From a virus (taxonomy: Duplodnaviria > Heunggongvirae > Uroviricota > Caudoviricetes): 64,000 bases of DNA. Location of the stretch: the IMG/VR virus record IMGVR_UViG_2721755712_000001; one strand, given 5' to 3'. The notes beneath the pieces are model-generated. The model had not been told where the DNA came from. It saw nothing but the letters and a program-made list of their open reading frames with translations, and made no database searches. The translations under genes were made by a program, and so were the position numbers. Shown here piece by piece: positions 1-10,551 of the stretch; positions within the stretch are counted from its first letter, which is position 1; the number at the start of each line of letters is the position of its first letter.

Positions 1-17
1 CCGTCGACTCGGCTCTT

Positions 18-344
18 GTGGGCTTAAGCGATATCGCGGAACTGACAGACCTGTCTCGCCAGGCAGTGGCGTTGCTCAAAGACGGTAAGCGCGGAAGCGG
101 CGACTTCCCTTGCCCTGTACAACGCATAAAAGGCCAGTCTCCTCTCTGGGATTGGGCTGATGTGGCTGAATGGCTCATGAATAACGGACGACTTAAAGAG
201 GGCGATCAAATTGTCCAAAATGCCCGAACTTTGAGTAAATGGAATCTGGCGCTTCGAAACAGCGTCTCGAAAGATTTCAACGAAATAGAGCAAATTGCGG
301 AGAAACTGATTAAACGCCGCAAAGATATTGCGAAATGCGCATAA
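18..344 (+). CDS. hypothetical protein, possible HTH DNA-binding protein
   Basis: 108-aa ORF from the track; followed directly by a hairpin terminator; no recognisable catalytic motif. Confidence 0.4.
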   Translation: MGLSDIAELTDLSRQAVALLKDGKRGSGDFPCPVQRIKGQSPLWDWADVAEWLMNNGRLKEGDQIVQNARTLSKWNLALRNSVSKDFNEIEQIAEKLIKRRKDIAKCA

Positions 345-345
345 T

Positions 346-369
346 GATGCCCGCCAATTGGCGGGCATC
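346..369 (+). terminator. Rho-independent terminator-like hairpin
   Basis: perfect inverted repeat GATGCCCGCC-AATT-GGCGGGCATC immediately after the stop of the 18..344 ORF, followed by a T-containing tract. Confidence 0.6.
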
Positions 370-673
370 TGTTCTCTGTAAAGGTGTCTGGCATCGTCTG
401 GTTCGTTAACGTTTACTAAACCAATGGTGACAAAAATTAGTTATCTTTGAAAAATAAAGGTTGCATGAAAAGAAGGGGTATGCGTTAATAGCATCGTTGG
501 TTTGCAAGACAGACCTTATGTAAGCAGTTTTAGTAAAGCAGTCTCAGTTCAGTGTTATCTTCTGATTTCCCTTCTTCGTGAGTCTCCTCCTTAAGTGCCT
601 AAGTAAGTCCCAATCTATACAGATCAAATTCTCGCCGCACTATGTGGCTCACAAAATTAAGAAGGTAATATCT

Positions 674-889
674 ATGTCTAATAAAATGACTGGTTTAGTA
701 AAATGGTTTAACTCTGATAAAGGCTTTGGCTTTATTTCTCCTGCTGATGGCAGTAAAGATGTTTTTGTACATTTTTCGGCAATTCAGAGTAATAATTTCC
801 GCACTTTGGAAGAAGGCCAGCAGGTCGAATTCTCTATCGAGAATGGTGCTAAAGGCCCAGCAGCAGCAAATGTCGTTGCTCTAAGCTGA
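674..889 (+). CDS. cold-shock protein, CspA family
   Basis: ORF 578..889 contains [21 protein letters not shown]...VFVHFSAI, the RNP1/RNP2 motifs of CspA-family proteins; start placed at the internal Met (residue 33), leaving a long 5' leader. Confidence 0.85.
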   Translation: MSNKMTGLVKWFNSDKGFGFISPADGSKDVFVHFSAIQSNNFRTLEEGQQVEFSIENGAKGPAAANVVALS

Positions 890-1166
890 TTCAACGCTGA
901 TGATCCTCATTTCTACAATAACGAAGACGGTGTAAGCCTGAGTGGATAGATTTGTAGGATTGTACAAGTTGAATAAATTAGCATGGTAAGGCCATGCTAA
1001 TTAAATCGACACAACGGCCAGTTTATTCCATAAAAGTGAATTGCCCATTGTGGCGAAATGCGGGGTTGCCGCATGAATAGTCAAAGGCAGAAGCTAACTG
1101 CCGGCATGGCAAAACAAAGTGCGTAAGAGGAGTGACTTCCTCAACAAGCGCCATAATTCTTTATAA

Positions 1167-1190
1167 ACCCGCCAACAGGCGGGTTTTCTT
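1167..1190. terminator. hairpin terminator between the csp gene and the polymerase gene end
   Basis: inverted repeat ACCCGCC-AACA-GGCGGGT followed by TTTCTTTATT, located directly 3' of the minus-strand polymerase stop. Confidence 0.55.
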
Positions 1191-1192
1191 TA

Positions 1193-4100
1193 TTACTTAT
1201 TTATTGTCTCCGCGATATCAGCCAGAATGGCCTCCAGTCGCTCTCCTTCTTCCGGTCGGAAGTACAGGATATTCGGGTTAAATCCGTAGAAGACGGTTGC
1301 ATCAAGCTCTGGGAAGTACTCCTTACGACCAATCAGATCTGATGGTTTACTCTTATTGTTAAATAGTGCGGTTGAACGACTACCACACGTCAAAATGTAG
1401 GTTGGTCGTACAAGATTAATTTCTTCCCGCATAAAGTCTGTGAACTGGCCTATCTCGTCTTTGGTATAGTCTTTCTCTTTGTCCTTAACCTTCTTACAAA
1501 CACCCGTGACATAAAGATCGCCCATGCGCAGATCTCCAACTGTCAGTAGTTTTGCCTTAAAGTCGTCGTATCCGTTCTCCATGAAGTAGCCGGTACGAGC
1601 GTCATTGCCGTTCGCATTGTCCAGAATGATCATGATTTTGGGTTTAATACCAATAGTCGGGCGTATCAACTCCTCACCCAAGCCCATTTCAGCCGCCATA
1701 CGTGTCATGAGTACGTTGATTTCGGCAGAACGCTTAGGATTCATTTCGAACGGACGTGATGCTTTAACAGCGTCAATGATGAGATTGCCCATCAGCTCAG
1801 CCTGGTCGCGCAGTCGTTCAGGATCAGTTGCTGGCAGACTGCCTGGCTCAATTGACGCAAAAGCCCCTACTTTATGAAGCGACTCGCGTACACGACTGTT
1901 ACATGCACGCTTCTCGACCGCTTCATCGAATTGTGCCACTGACTCGAATTTGCCACCAACTTTCTCACGCGCACGCATAATTGCCTGACAACCATTTTCA
2001 GAACAGCCTTTCACAGCAGAGAATGGCGCATACAGTGCCTGACTGCCGTCTTCGAGTGTGCGGATCTCAATTCGGTTAGATGACACATTAACGTCTGGTG
2101 GCAATACGCGAATGCCATAGGTCAGCGCATCCTTCACCAGCCCCTGATGCTTATCCTCGCCCAGAATGGTGAGCGCAGCTGCGAAGAACTCAGCAGGGTA
2201 GTGCGTCTTTAGCCACATAGACTGATAACTGATTAAAGAATAAGCAACGGAGTGTGATTTATTGAACTGATAGGCTCCGTTTTTCTCAAATGCGGTCCAG
2301 ATCTCCTTCGCTTTCATCTCTGATAGCCCTGGATGTGACGCTGTAACGCGTACTGCGTTTATAGGTAGTTTTGCGCCGTGCTCAAGTGCCTCTTCGACAG
2401 TTTTCAGAGTTCCGTCTTCGCATTTAAAATGTTCCGCACGGTGAATGCGCTGTGTAGTGCCATCTTCCAGCTCAACGTCTATCCAGCCAGCTTGAGCCTG
2501 AACGATGAACTTCTCGCCCATGCTCTTCATTTTTTCCATGTTCTTCTTACCGATTGCGGAACGCACAGCGTCAGCTTCAGCCATTGTGAAGCCGGCAAGC
2601 AATCGAGTCGCGTTCATCGTCTGTTCCTGATAGAGAATCACGCCATTTGTTTCCGCGGTAAGTTCATCAAGAACGGGGTGTAATGATTCCGGCGTCATAA
2701 AGCCTTTGGCGACAGAAACATAGTCATCCAACATGCCTGATTGAATTGGCCCCGGCCGGAAGAGCGCAGTTGTAGCGACGACCGTTTTAAAGCTCATTGG
2801 CTCAATTCCACCACCTAAATCTTTAAGCAGCTTGCGCATTGGGCCTGATTCAAGCTGGAAAACACCTTGAGTGTACCCAGCAGCAAAACCATCCAGCACC
2901 TTGCGATCTTCAAGAGAAATGGCATCAAGATTGATATCTTCACCTGTGTTCTCTTTTATGTAGCGTTTTGCACTATCGAGCAAATCGAGAGTTGCCAGGC
3001 CAAGCACGTCCAGCTTAATTAGGCCCATAGCCTCGCAGTAACGCTTGTCAAATGCGATACAACGCGCGTCACCACGGCGCTCAACCGGTGTACGTTCTGT
3101 CAGAGGAACACCTGCTACGATCATCCCTGCCGCATGTCTACCAAAGCCACGCATAAGGCTTTGTAACTTGCAGGCTGCATTGAATGCATCAGGATATTTT
3201 GTTGCGTATTTGTCGAGACTTGCCAGTTGTTCGCGCAGCTCTTCCAATGGAAGGCTATCATCCTCGACGTTCTTCAGTTCTTTTGATACCGCCATATCTG
3301 CGGACTCCACACCATAAATACGAGCGGTATCACGTAGTGCAGAGGCTGCGCCCAGGTAGGTGAAGTTCGGAATACCCGCAACGTAATCTTCGCCGTAGCG
3401 TTCATTCAGATACTCGATCACCTCATGGCGACGTGCCTGGCTGAAGTCCAAGTCCGCATCCGGCAAGTCGAGACGCTCAGGGTTGATGAAACGCTCAAAC
3501 AGAAGACCGTGACGGATTGGGTCGACGTTGGTTATGCCTATGCACCACGCCACCAGAGAACCGGCAGAGGAACCACGACCAGGCCCAACGGGAATGCCAG
3601 TTTCACGACTATGATTCATCAGATCGCGTACCATCAGGAAGTAACCACAAAATCCCAGGCGAGTCAGCGTGTCCATTTCGTACTTTAGCCGCTCAACATA
3701 AACCCTGTTCTCAGAAGCAGGTGGTGTGTAGCCAAACTCTTTTGTGGTAAGACGTTTACGCAGCCCTGCAACAGCCAGTTTCATAAGCGTTGCAGGCTCG
3801 TCGTCTGCCATCTTTGGCAGTGCTGGCGGCAATTCATGCCAGCGCCATGTGCAGGCATCGATAATGGTATCCTGCGTTGTTGAGGCCATTGCAGCTGTTA
3901 CCGGCACATCCATGCGAACGGAGAAGGCTTTAAGCGCCTCAAGGAGATGGCGGCGACCATTGACGGCGTTATCTCGCTGGTGGGGGATACGCAGACGATG
4001 CGGCTGGTCGATTTTGATGTTGTTCGTAACCATGTGCGCAATGTCTTTAATGTCTGCATCGTCGATCGATTCGTAATAAGCGGGATAGAACGCCACTGGC

Positions 4101-4711
4101 TCTATTTTCAATGCGCTGGCGACTTTCATCGCCCGGACGTTAATCTGGTCGTAGAATGGGGTAGGGTGCGGATAAACCACACTATAGAAGTTGTCTTTTC
4201 CACCCGCTGTAATCAGTGTGCTTATGATTTTTGCAAAATCGTTGCGTTGGAACACGCTACCGATGTCGGAAGTAAGCAGGATGATGTTGCCTTTGGCATA
4301 TGTAGAAACCAACTGTTCGAGCGAGAGACGCGGTACAAAGTAGAACTGTTCTCGTGTGTTGGCCACCGTCATTAGTTCGCAGATGTCGCGATATCCTTGC
4401 TCATTTTTAATTAGAGCGGTAAACGAGTAGTTACGTCCCCGCTCTAATGATTCCATACATCTCATAGATTCTTTAGCAAGTTTAGCCCGGTGCTCGTATG
4501 TGGGATCATCAACAATGTTTAGTTTCACACCACAAATAACCGCCATGTCGTCACCAGCGGCACGTTGTAGTGGAATAACGCTCGCAATATTCATGCTATC
4601 TGCTGAAATTACAGCGGTGTAGCCAGCTTCTCTGGCAATCTTCACCGCGTTTTCTGCTTTTAGAGCCGACTCCCCAAGTGAGAAGTCAGTTCGAACCATC
4701 AGTGCTTTCAT
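1193..4711 (-). CDS. DNA polymerase III alpha subunit-like replicative polymerase (DnaE family)
   Basis: 1172 aa; contains GPGRGSSAGSLVAWCIGITNVDPIRHGLLFERFINPERLDLPDADLDFS, matching the DnaE palm/catalytic-aspartate region; N-terminal PHP-like region appears degenerate (no His cluster). Confidence 0.9.
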   Translation of the reverse strand: MKALMVRTDFSLGESALKAENAVKIAREAGYTAVISADSMNIASVIPLQRAAGDDMAVICGVKLNIVDDPTYEHRAKLAKESMRCMESLERGRNYSFTALIKNEQGYRDICELMTVANTREQFYFVPRLSLEQLVSTYAKGNIILLTSDIGSVFQRNDFAKIISTLITAGGKDNFYSVVYPHPTPFYDQINVRAMKVASALKIEPVAFYPAYYESIDDADIKDIAHMVTNNIKIDQPHRLRIPHQRDNAVNGRRHLLEALKAFSVRMDVPVTAAMASTTQDTIIDACTWRWHELPPALPKMADDEPATLMKLAVAGLRKRLTTKEFGYTPPASENRVYVERLKYEMDTLTRLGFCGYFLMVRDLMNHSRETGIPVGPGRGSSAGSLVAWCIGITNVDPIRHGLLFERFINPERLDLPDADLDFSQARRHEVIEYLNERYGEDYVAGIPNFTYLGAASALRDTARIYGVESADMAVSKELKNVEDDSLPLEELREQLASLDKYATKYPDAFNAACKLQSLMRGFGRHAAGMIVAGVPLTERTPVERRGDARCIAFDKRYCEAMGLIKLDVLGLATLDLLDSAKRYIKENTGEDINLDAISLEDRKVLDGFAAGYTQGVFQLESGPMRKLLKDLGGGIEPMSFKTVVATTALFRPGPIQSGMLDDYVSVAKGFMTPESLHPVLDELTAETNGVILYQEQTMNATRLLAGFTMAEADAVRSAIGKKNMEKMKSMGEKFIVQAQAGWIDVELEDGTTQRIHRAEHFKCEDGTLKTVEEALEHGAKLPINAVRVTASHPGLSEMKAKEIWTAFEKNGAYQFNKSHSVAYSLISYQSMWLKTHYPAEFFAAALTILGEDKHQGLVKDALTYGIRVLPPDVNVSSNRIEIRTLEDGSQALYAPFSAVKGCSENGCQAIMRAREKVGGKFESVAQFDEAVEKRACNSRVRESLHKVGAFASIEPGSLPATDPERLRDQAELMGNLIIDAVKASRPFEMNPKRSAEINVLMTRMAAEMGLGEELIRPTIGIKPKIMIILDNANGNDARTGYFMENGYDDFKAKLLTVGDLRMGDLYVTGVCKKVKDKEKDYTKDEIGQFTDFMREEINLVRPTYILTCGSRSTALFNNKSKPSDLIGRKEYFPELDATVFYGFNPNILYFRPEEGERLEAILADIAETINK

Positions 4712-4895
4712 GTGTTTTTACCTTTATGGTTTTTTTGATTTTGTCATTGGGGAAGCCTACGAACTTCCCATACATCGAAATCGCAACTTCTTTTGCTGAT
4801 TGGTGACAATCGGGCTTGTCTGGACATACCAGACAAGCCTTACCAGTTTCAGAAGCAGCGATAAGAGAGCCGAAACATCCTTTACGCACGATCAA
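4686..4895 (-). CDS. small Cys-rich protein, possible zinc ribbon
   Basis: 69-aa ORF overlapping the polymerase start; C-x2-C...C-x4-C spacing; coupled between CobS-like and polymerase genes. Confidence 0.35.
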   Translation of the reverse strand: MIVRKGCFGSLIAASETGKACLVCPDKPDCHQSAKEVAISMYGKFVGFPNDKIKKTIKVKTHESTDGSN

Positions 4896-6127
4896 CCAAA
4901 TATTTTTTGAACAACTTCACGAGCCGCTTGTGCAGAAGCTGAAGGGAGTTTGTTAATGAAAGAACGCTCAATACCTGTCACAAAGTCGCCTCGCATCATT
5001 CCAATCTTGGCCGACAACAAAAGTTCACGAGGGCCAATTGGCTGACTGATAAGGTGCTCTTCGTATCCATCGCGAACGATACCGGCAAACTTAACCATCT
5101 TTTCTGCGTATTCATCCACGATACCGGCATTTATCAACATGTTGATCTCTGCCTCTTTGCTCATGTATTTCACATTCGAAACGATGCCAAAACGCGAAAA
5201 GTTCGCGGCGTTCTGGATGTTTGTACCCTGGTACAAGCCGGTTTCATCACCAGATCCGTTCGTGTTGCCAGTGCCAATGAAAGCAAACCGTTCATGCGGA
5301 GTAATGCGACGCCATTCTGGAGTCGCCTCTTTGATGACCAACGCTTCACCTTCCAGCACTGGCTGATACACGCCAAGAATCTGTGGAAACGCAAAGTCGT
5401 ATTCATCCGCGAGGTAAACCCAGCCATGCTTCATTGCGAGCGCAAGCAAGCCAGGCTCGAAATACGTAGAGCCATCACGCGCCAGAATTTGCCCCGTAAC
5501 ATGTGCCTCTTCCATTGATGCTGTATGTTGGGCACGGATCAACGGACGATTGAGCAAAGCACATAGTTGTGTAGGCAATGACGATTTGCCTGTTCCTGCA
5601 TGACCCCACAAATAGCCAGGTATGCCAAGTTCAAGCATCATGAAAATGTCTTTGATCAGTTCGAAGTCGCCATATACGTAGCCCTTCTTCACTTCTGGAA
5701 CGAACTCTGGAAACGGCGTATTGACGTTGACGCTAACCATGAGCGGCGTCCCACGTTTTGTTCCGAGTTCTTTCACCGTTACATTTAGCAGTTCGTGAGC
5801 TGCGACCAGATCTGTCTTGTACTCAACTGTGCCTGTGTAGCCTGGGCTACTGGTCACGCCAGATGATTTGGCCATTTCGCTTTTTTGCTCGGCACGTTTA
5901 GCTTGAATTGCATCAAGTGCCTTTTTCGATAGCGTTGGCTCATCTGGAAACTGTGTTGTGTACATTTTCAGTACGGTGTCAGGATCGGCATCTTTTACTG
6001 ACTCAGGAATGCCCTCGCAATTACCATTGGCTACATGGGACTTAAAATAGTGAAATGATTTTCCGCACCACTTGCAAACAAGGTAATCAGAAGGATTTTT
6101 TTCATTTTGCAGTGCAGTAGTAGTCAT
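4892..6127 (-). CDS. AAA+ ATPase, CobS/MoxR-like, with N-terminal Cys cluster
   Basis: Walker A GHAGTGKS, Walker B VYLADEYD; N-terminal CKWCGKSFHY...C motif; paired with a downstream vWA protein as in CobS/CobT pairs. Confidence 0.65.
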   Translation of the reverse strand: MTTTALQNEKNPSDYLVCKWCGKSFHYFKSHVANGNCEGIPESVKDADPDTVLKMYTTQFPDEPTLSKKALDAIQAKRAEQKSEMAKSSGVTSSPGYTGTVEYKTDLVAAHELLNVTVKELGTKRGTPLMVSVNVNTPFPEFVPEVKKGYVYGDFELIKDIFMMLELGIPGYLWGHAGTGKSSLPTQLCALLNRPLIRAQHTASMEEAHVTGQILARDGSTYFEPGLLALAMKHGWVYLADEYDFAFPQILGVYQPVLEGEALVIKEATPEWRRITPHERFAFIGTGNTNGSGDETGLYQGTNIQNAANFSRFGIVSNVKYMSKEAEINMLINAGIVDEYAEKMVKFAGIVRDGYEEHLISQPIGPRELLLSAKIGMMRGDFVTGIERSFINKLPSASAQAAREVVQKIFG

Positions 6128-6222
6128 GCGTTTTTCCTTTGTTTTCTAATGAGCGTTCAACTTCTTATATAAATATATCATTATCTATCGTAAGTGGTTA
6201 CTTATCGTTAAGGCTGTTTTGT

Positions 6223-8331
6223 TCACTTTAAAATGATACGAGATAGTTCAGTAACTACAGATGAACCAAGACTATCAACGCTCGTTACCAGGGCATGATT
6301 TGAGTAAAATCTCTCCGGTGCGTCAGTCATGATGCCAATTGCCATCAAATCAATGTCAGTCTGCGTTTCAATTTGCTTCGCAACCGAACGCAAATGAGCG
6401 TCAAAACCTCTCCCAACAGCCCACGGCTCGCCATCGCTCAGAACAAGCATGATCTTCCTGTCCTCCATGCGACCGGAAAATAACGATGCAAGGCTGGCTA
6501 TGCTTTCACCATCCACGTTATTAAGAAGTGGGAATGTGTAGCCTACGCACCCCATACGTGAGCGAACTTCGCGAGAATTTACCTTTTCATTCCAATTTTT
6601 GATGATAGGTAGCATTAAAGATTCAAAGCGAGAGAACTCATACTTGACAGCCTTAAGTTCTCCTGCCGCCATATGACTACCAAATGTAGTGAAGCCTGTG
6701 ATAATGTTGGGAACATTTATTCGATCAAGGGCATCGGCGATGGTATATGCACTTGCAAGAGCCAATTGTATCGTTATACCCCTCATTGAACCTGATAAAT
6801 CAATCACTTGTTGAACACAGGCGTTAACGGCTTTAGATTCTTCTTTTTTACGAAACACGCGATCATCATTCATTGCTAATCTGTAGATACTAGAACCATG
6901 AATGCGCCCCCGACGCTGGCCCGGTATAAACTGAACTCTGTTTCTGCTTGCTATTGCTCGCTCCAGGTCTTTTGCCAGCGTCGACGAAACACCTGACGAA
7001 AGATGCTTTTCAATATATTTGTCGAAGAGCTGGTTGCCTTCAGGAACGATGCGATAGCGGCTGATTGGACATCCTCCTAAATCAATATCGGAGAATGTTT
7101 TAATAAGCCGTTTGATATGGGCTTCTGCCTGATCAATCGAGCCGATGAAGTCGTATGAGCGATTGTATGGCCTGTATTCGCTTTTCGAGCTTTCTGTTAA
7201 CTCGCTTTTAATCGTTTCGGATAGAGCATCTTCTGTCATGCCTCCGACTTCATCTTCTATGCTATCCAGCTCCTCTAAAGCCTCTTCCAGACTCATTTTT
7301 GACGGAGTTGGGATATCTGAAGAGCCGTCTTCTGTCGTTTTTCTTTTTTCGTGGTCAGCGGTTAATGATTCTGACGCCGCGTTATCAGAAGCATCAGAAT
7401 CTGATACCTCTTTATCATTTTCTGTATCATCGAATATTGTTTCTGATGATTCAGATAATTCTGAATCATCACTGTTGTTATTATCATGTTTGTGCTTACT
7501 ATGTGATTCTGATTTGATAGATTTGTGGTTATCTAACGATGAAGATGTCTCATGATCTTCGTTGTCTTCATTGTTTTCTCCAGAGGCATCCGTCTGGTCA
7601 GCGTCTGAAGGATCGGAAGTTTTTCCCGGAGCTGACTCCTTACCATTGCTTTCACTTTCAGTGTCTTTGAGGATCTTAGCTATGGTCGCAGCCACCTTTA
7701 CACAATCCTCGGTGCAAGACATGTTACGCACGGCCACATCGATACCATGTTCTTTTAATAATGAAATTGGTTTCTCAATGACAGGCCAGTATTCATCCAT
7801 GAAATCTACGAACGGTGCTTGGCCATCCCAGGCTCTTACAACCGGACAGAGAAAGAAGTTTAGAAAAAGCGCGCGCTGATCTTTGCCACAATAAGCAATA
7901 GCCTCTGAAGCCTTTGGTTTAAAGACTTTTTCGATTATAAGGCGCTGAGTTGCCATCAGATTACGTCTTGTTCCGTTAAAGACCTGACCCATTTTTCGCT
8001 CGATGAACACGTCTTCTAAGGCATTCCATAGCGACCAGGAAGGAACGCGTCCTTTTTCTCTCATTTTGTTGGACACACGAATATCGGTAAACAAAATGTG
8101 AGCAACCTCATGATCGAGAAATCCGCGCACAGCATTCATCAATGCCGGTGTTGCGTTATCCGGGATTGATGGGATGTTTACGAGAATTGGCTCTCCATCA
8201 TCGTTATAGCGTACATAAGCGTCGTCCCCTCGTTCTGCAACAGGGATGTTTTTACCTGAAAGGAGAGCGACTACTCGTTTTACACTGTCACGGAAGTCCT
8301 GAACCTCTTTGATGGAACGTTTTTTAGACAT
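6223..8331 (-). CDS. CobT-like von Willebrand factor A protein with acidic Ser/Asp/Glu-rich linker
   Basis: C-terminal MIDAS-like motif VIDLSGSM; central low-complexity acidic region; N-terminal HEVAH (HExxH) motif. Confidence 0.6.
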   Translation of the reverse strand: MSKKRSIKEVQDFRDSVKRVVALLSGKNIPVAERGDDAYVRYNDDGEPILVNIPSIPDNATPALMNAVRGFLDHEVAHILFTDIRVSNKMREKGRVPSWSLWNALEDVFIERKMGQVFNGTRRNLMATQRLIIEKVFKPKASEAIAYCGKDQRALFLNFFLCPVVRAWDGQAPFVDFMDEYWPVIEKPISLLKEHGIDVAVRNMSCTEDCVKVAATIAKILKDTESESNGKESAPGKTSDPSDADQTDASGENNEDNEDHETSSSLDNHKSIKSESHSKHKHDNNNSDDSELSESSETIFDDTENDKEVSDSDASDNAASESLTADHEKRKTTEDGSSDIPTPSKMSLEEALEELDSIEDEVGGMTEDALSETIKSELTESSKSEYRPYNRSYDFIGSIDQAEAHIKRLIKTFSDIDLGGCPISRYRIVPEGNQLFDKYIEKHLSSGVSSTLAKDLERAIASRNRVQFIPGQRRGRIHGSSIYRLAMNDDRVFRKKEESKAVNACVQQVIDLSGSMRGITIQLALASAYTIADALDRINVPNIITGFTTFGSHMAAGELKAVKYEFSRFESLMLPIIKNWNEKVNSREVRSRMGCVGYTFPLLNNVDGESIASLASLFSGRMEDRKIMLVLSDGEPWAVGRGFDAHLRSVAKQIETQTDIDLMAIGIMTDAPERFYSNHALVTSVDSLGSSVVTELSRIILK

Positions 8332-8429
8332 GGCTAATCCTTTGTTATGAAAACAAATTATTTACTAGTGTGTTTAATGTAGCACTGCGCGAACAGGGAA
8401 CTAAGCCATTCGCGCAGGGAGAAGAGGGG

Positions 8430-8642
8430 TTAACAGATTCTGACGGCTAAAGACCCGGAGCCGGTATTGAGAAGCGTGAAGCGTTTGTTGTTAAGTTCGA
8501 ATATAAATCCAGTTGTGTCATTCACACCAACCTGAATCTGCTCATTCGGTAGATCGGTGAGGATGTCAGCTACACACTCATCAACTAATTTCTGTACGTG
8601 TCCGATCTCAAGAGCGATTAGGCTGGAAATAGTGGTGTTCAT
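8430..8642 (-). CDS. hypothetical small protein
   Basis: 70-aa ORF in an otherwise empty interval; no motif recognised. Confidence 0.25.
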   Translation of the reverse strand: MNTTISSLIALEIGHVQKLVDECVADILTDLPNEQIQVGVNDTTGFIFELNNKRFTLLNTGSGSLAVRIC

Positions 8643-8893
8643 TCAATCAATCCATTCTAACTTATACTATGGTAAGGAATACTACTAAAATTTGTATCAA
8701 TACTGAATACATTCATATCATATGCAAGTTGATTTTCTTACCTATTTTTGGCTAATTTTTCTCCGTGCAATGGCCTTTAACCGGTCTTTTAAGTGCCTAT
8801 CGAAAAAAATGATAATAGCTTTACAACCCTAACCTTTGATGTAATATCGGTAAGCACTTACCAGAGAGAATTGAACGCGCAAAGGTTGTAACC

Positions 8894-9280
8894 ATGTCTG
8901 ATAACAAGATTGAATTTATAGAAAGTCGCTACGCTGCTTTTATCGCAGGGTTGATTGAATCCTCACCTATGAGCCAGGCCCAGATAGCCAAAACAATTGG
9001 GTATAAAAACGCCAACAACCTTTCTTTAATTAAAAGCGGCAAAATTCCTTTGCCTATCGATAAGGTTCGTCCGCTGGCGCTGGCACTGGGTATTGAGCCA
9101 AGTCGTCTTATGATGATGGTGCTGGAAGAACGCCAACCCGAACTCGCAGCATTTTTATACAAAGAAGGCACTGCTCCTCTTAACGAGGACGAAAAACAGG
9201 TTCTTGCTGCATATAACGAGCGATTCGGTAAAGAGAAAGGCGCATCACAAAAGGTTGTTGAGGCCATAAAGTCTCTATGA
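8894..9280 (+). CDS. XRE-type helix-turn-helix transcriptional regulator
   Basis: 128 aa; segment SQAQIAKTIGYKNANNLSLIKSGK fits an HTH with flanking hydrophobic core; convergent with the recombinase gene. Confidence 0.55.
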   Translation: MSDNKIEFIESRYAAFIAGLIESSPMSQAQIAKTIGYKNANNLSLIKSGKIPLPIDKVRPLALALGIEPSRLMMMVLEERQPELAAFLYKEGTAPLNEDEKQVLAAYNERFGKEKGASQKVVEAIKSL

Positions 9281-10378
9281 AAAATTTACACGAATAAGCT
9301 CTGTTGATAGACGATCTCCCTTAAATTTGTGGTCAATTTCGTCTAAATCCGGTTGCTCTACGATTGATGCGATGTACGTCGAGAAACTTTCTAAGGCGTC
9401 TCGCATCTCGTCCATATAATCGTGCCGGTCGTAGACCCGATCTATCCCCTCAAGACTGTGGTTCATGATTTTACGTGATACCTCCTGGCTTATGCCTAAT
9501 GCTGGGAAGTAACTACGCGCAGTACGGCGCAAATCTCGGGGTGTAAATGGCTCAAGCTCCATCAGTTCTGGTCGTTCCAGAATACGACGTAATGCCTGGG
9601 CTATTGCCACTTTAGACATAGGAAGGTCTTTCCCGATTTTTTTATTCGAAGGCACGAGCCACTGGCTGTCTTTACCATATTCGAACAACTCTTCAATACA
9701 AGTGCGCATTAATGAGCTTAAAGGCAGAGAATGCTCACGGGCAGATTTGTTCCTCTTGCCTTGATTCCAAACCCCACGCTTAAGATTGAACTCACTTTTT
9801 TTAGCCCGCAGTACTTCGTCAGGTCGTCTTGCGGATACAAGACATAGCCTGGCCGCCCATTTTGTACCAGCACACACATTGAAGTAGTCCCATATATTCC
9901 AGAACACCCATACCTCTGCGTCGGTCAGCTTCCGCTCGCGAGGTGTGGGCTTTGCGCCACCGGCAACTTTGTTAAGTGACATATCGTTTAACGGTGACAC
10001 GTCTATCATCCCCTGGAAGGCGCACCAGCTAAGGAACTGCTTCATCAGAGAGAAAACGCGGCGGCCCATAACAATTTTGCCATCCAGTATTAGTGGGTTG
10101 ACCAGTTGGTTCACCATGAACCTATTAATGTCACTTACTTTTACATCGGCAATGTGCGGCAAAACATGTATCAAAATACAATGAACAGCGATCTCTGGCC
10201 GACGTCTGGTTATCAGCAGAGATAAGCGAGTGAATAACATGAATGCGTCCGAGAATCTCATGTCATTGCTGACCTGGGAGATCATAACGGCCTGCATTTG
10301 AGATGCTCTTTCGAGATACTCTATCGCCTCTTTTGAGGTGTTCTCCGCAGCGCGTGCTCTGTCAAAGCTATTTTTCAT
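9275..10378 (-). CDS. tyrosine recombinase (integrase/resolvase family)
   Basis: 367 aa; C-terminal region with conserved Arg (LRRTARSYF), His (IMNHSL) and a Tyr near RVYDRHDY, in the R-H-R-Y arrangement of tyrosine recombinases. Confidence 0.65.
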   Translation of the reverse strand: MKNSFDRARAAENTSKEAIEYLERASQMQAVMISQVSNDMRFSDAFMLFTRLSLLITRRRPEIAVHCILIHVLPHIADVKVSDINRFMVNQLVNPLILDGKIVMGRRVFSLMKQFLSWCAFQGMIDVSPLNDMSLNKVAGGAKPTPRERKLTDAEVWVFWNIWDYFNVCAGTKWAARLCLVSARRPDEVLRAKKSEFNLKRGVWNQGKRNKSAREHSLPLSSLMRTCIEELFEYGKDSQWLVPSNKKIGKDLPMSKVAIAQALRRILERPELMELEPFTPRDLRRTARSYFPALGISQEVSRKIMNHSLEGIDRVYDRHDYMDEMRDALESFSTYIASIVEQPDLDEIDHKFKGDRLSTELIRVNFS

Positions 10379-10551
10379 ATGACAATCACCGAGTTACGCC
10401 GATGCACTGTATAAGTAAACAGTATATTAGGCATAGATTCTTATAGGATCAAGAGTAAAAGTAACTCATTTTCAGCAATGATTCCATACATAGTAGGTAT
10501 GGAATCATTTAAGGGAGGAATTTAAATTCTGAGGCGTTATTAATATGATTG

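Noticed and set aside
1605-4375. Several plus-strand ORFs (77 to 142 aa) inside the polymerase gene
   Set aside because: Fully embedded antisense to a 1172-aa gene with strong DnaE motifs; no independent support.
8640-8893. Possible additional copy of the dyad motif or a prophage attachment site upstream of the HTH regulator gene
   Set aside because: Only weak partial matches (for example CTAACTTATACTATGGTAAGGAATACTACT) without clear dyad symmetry; no flanking direct repeats indicative of an attachment site.
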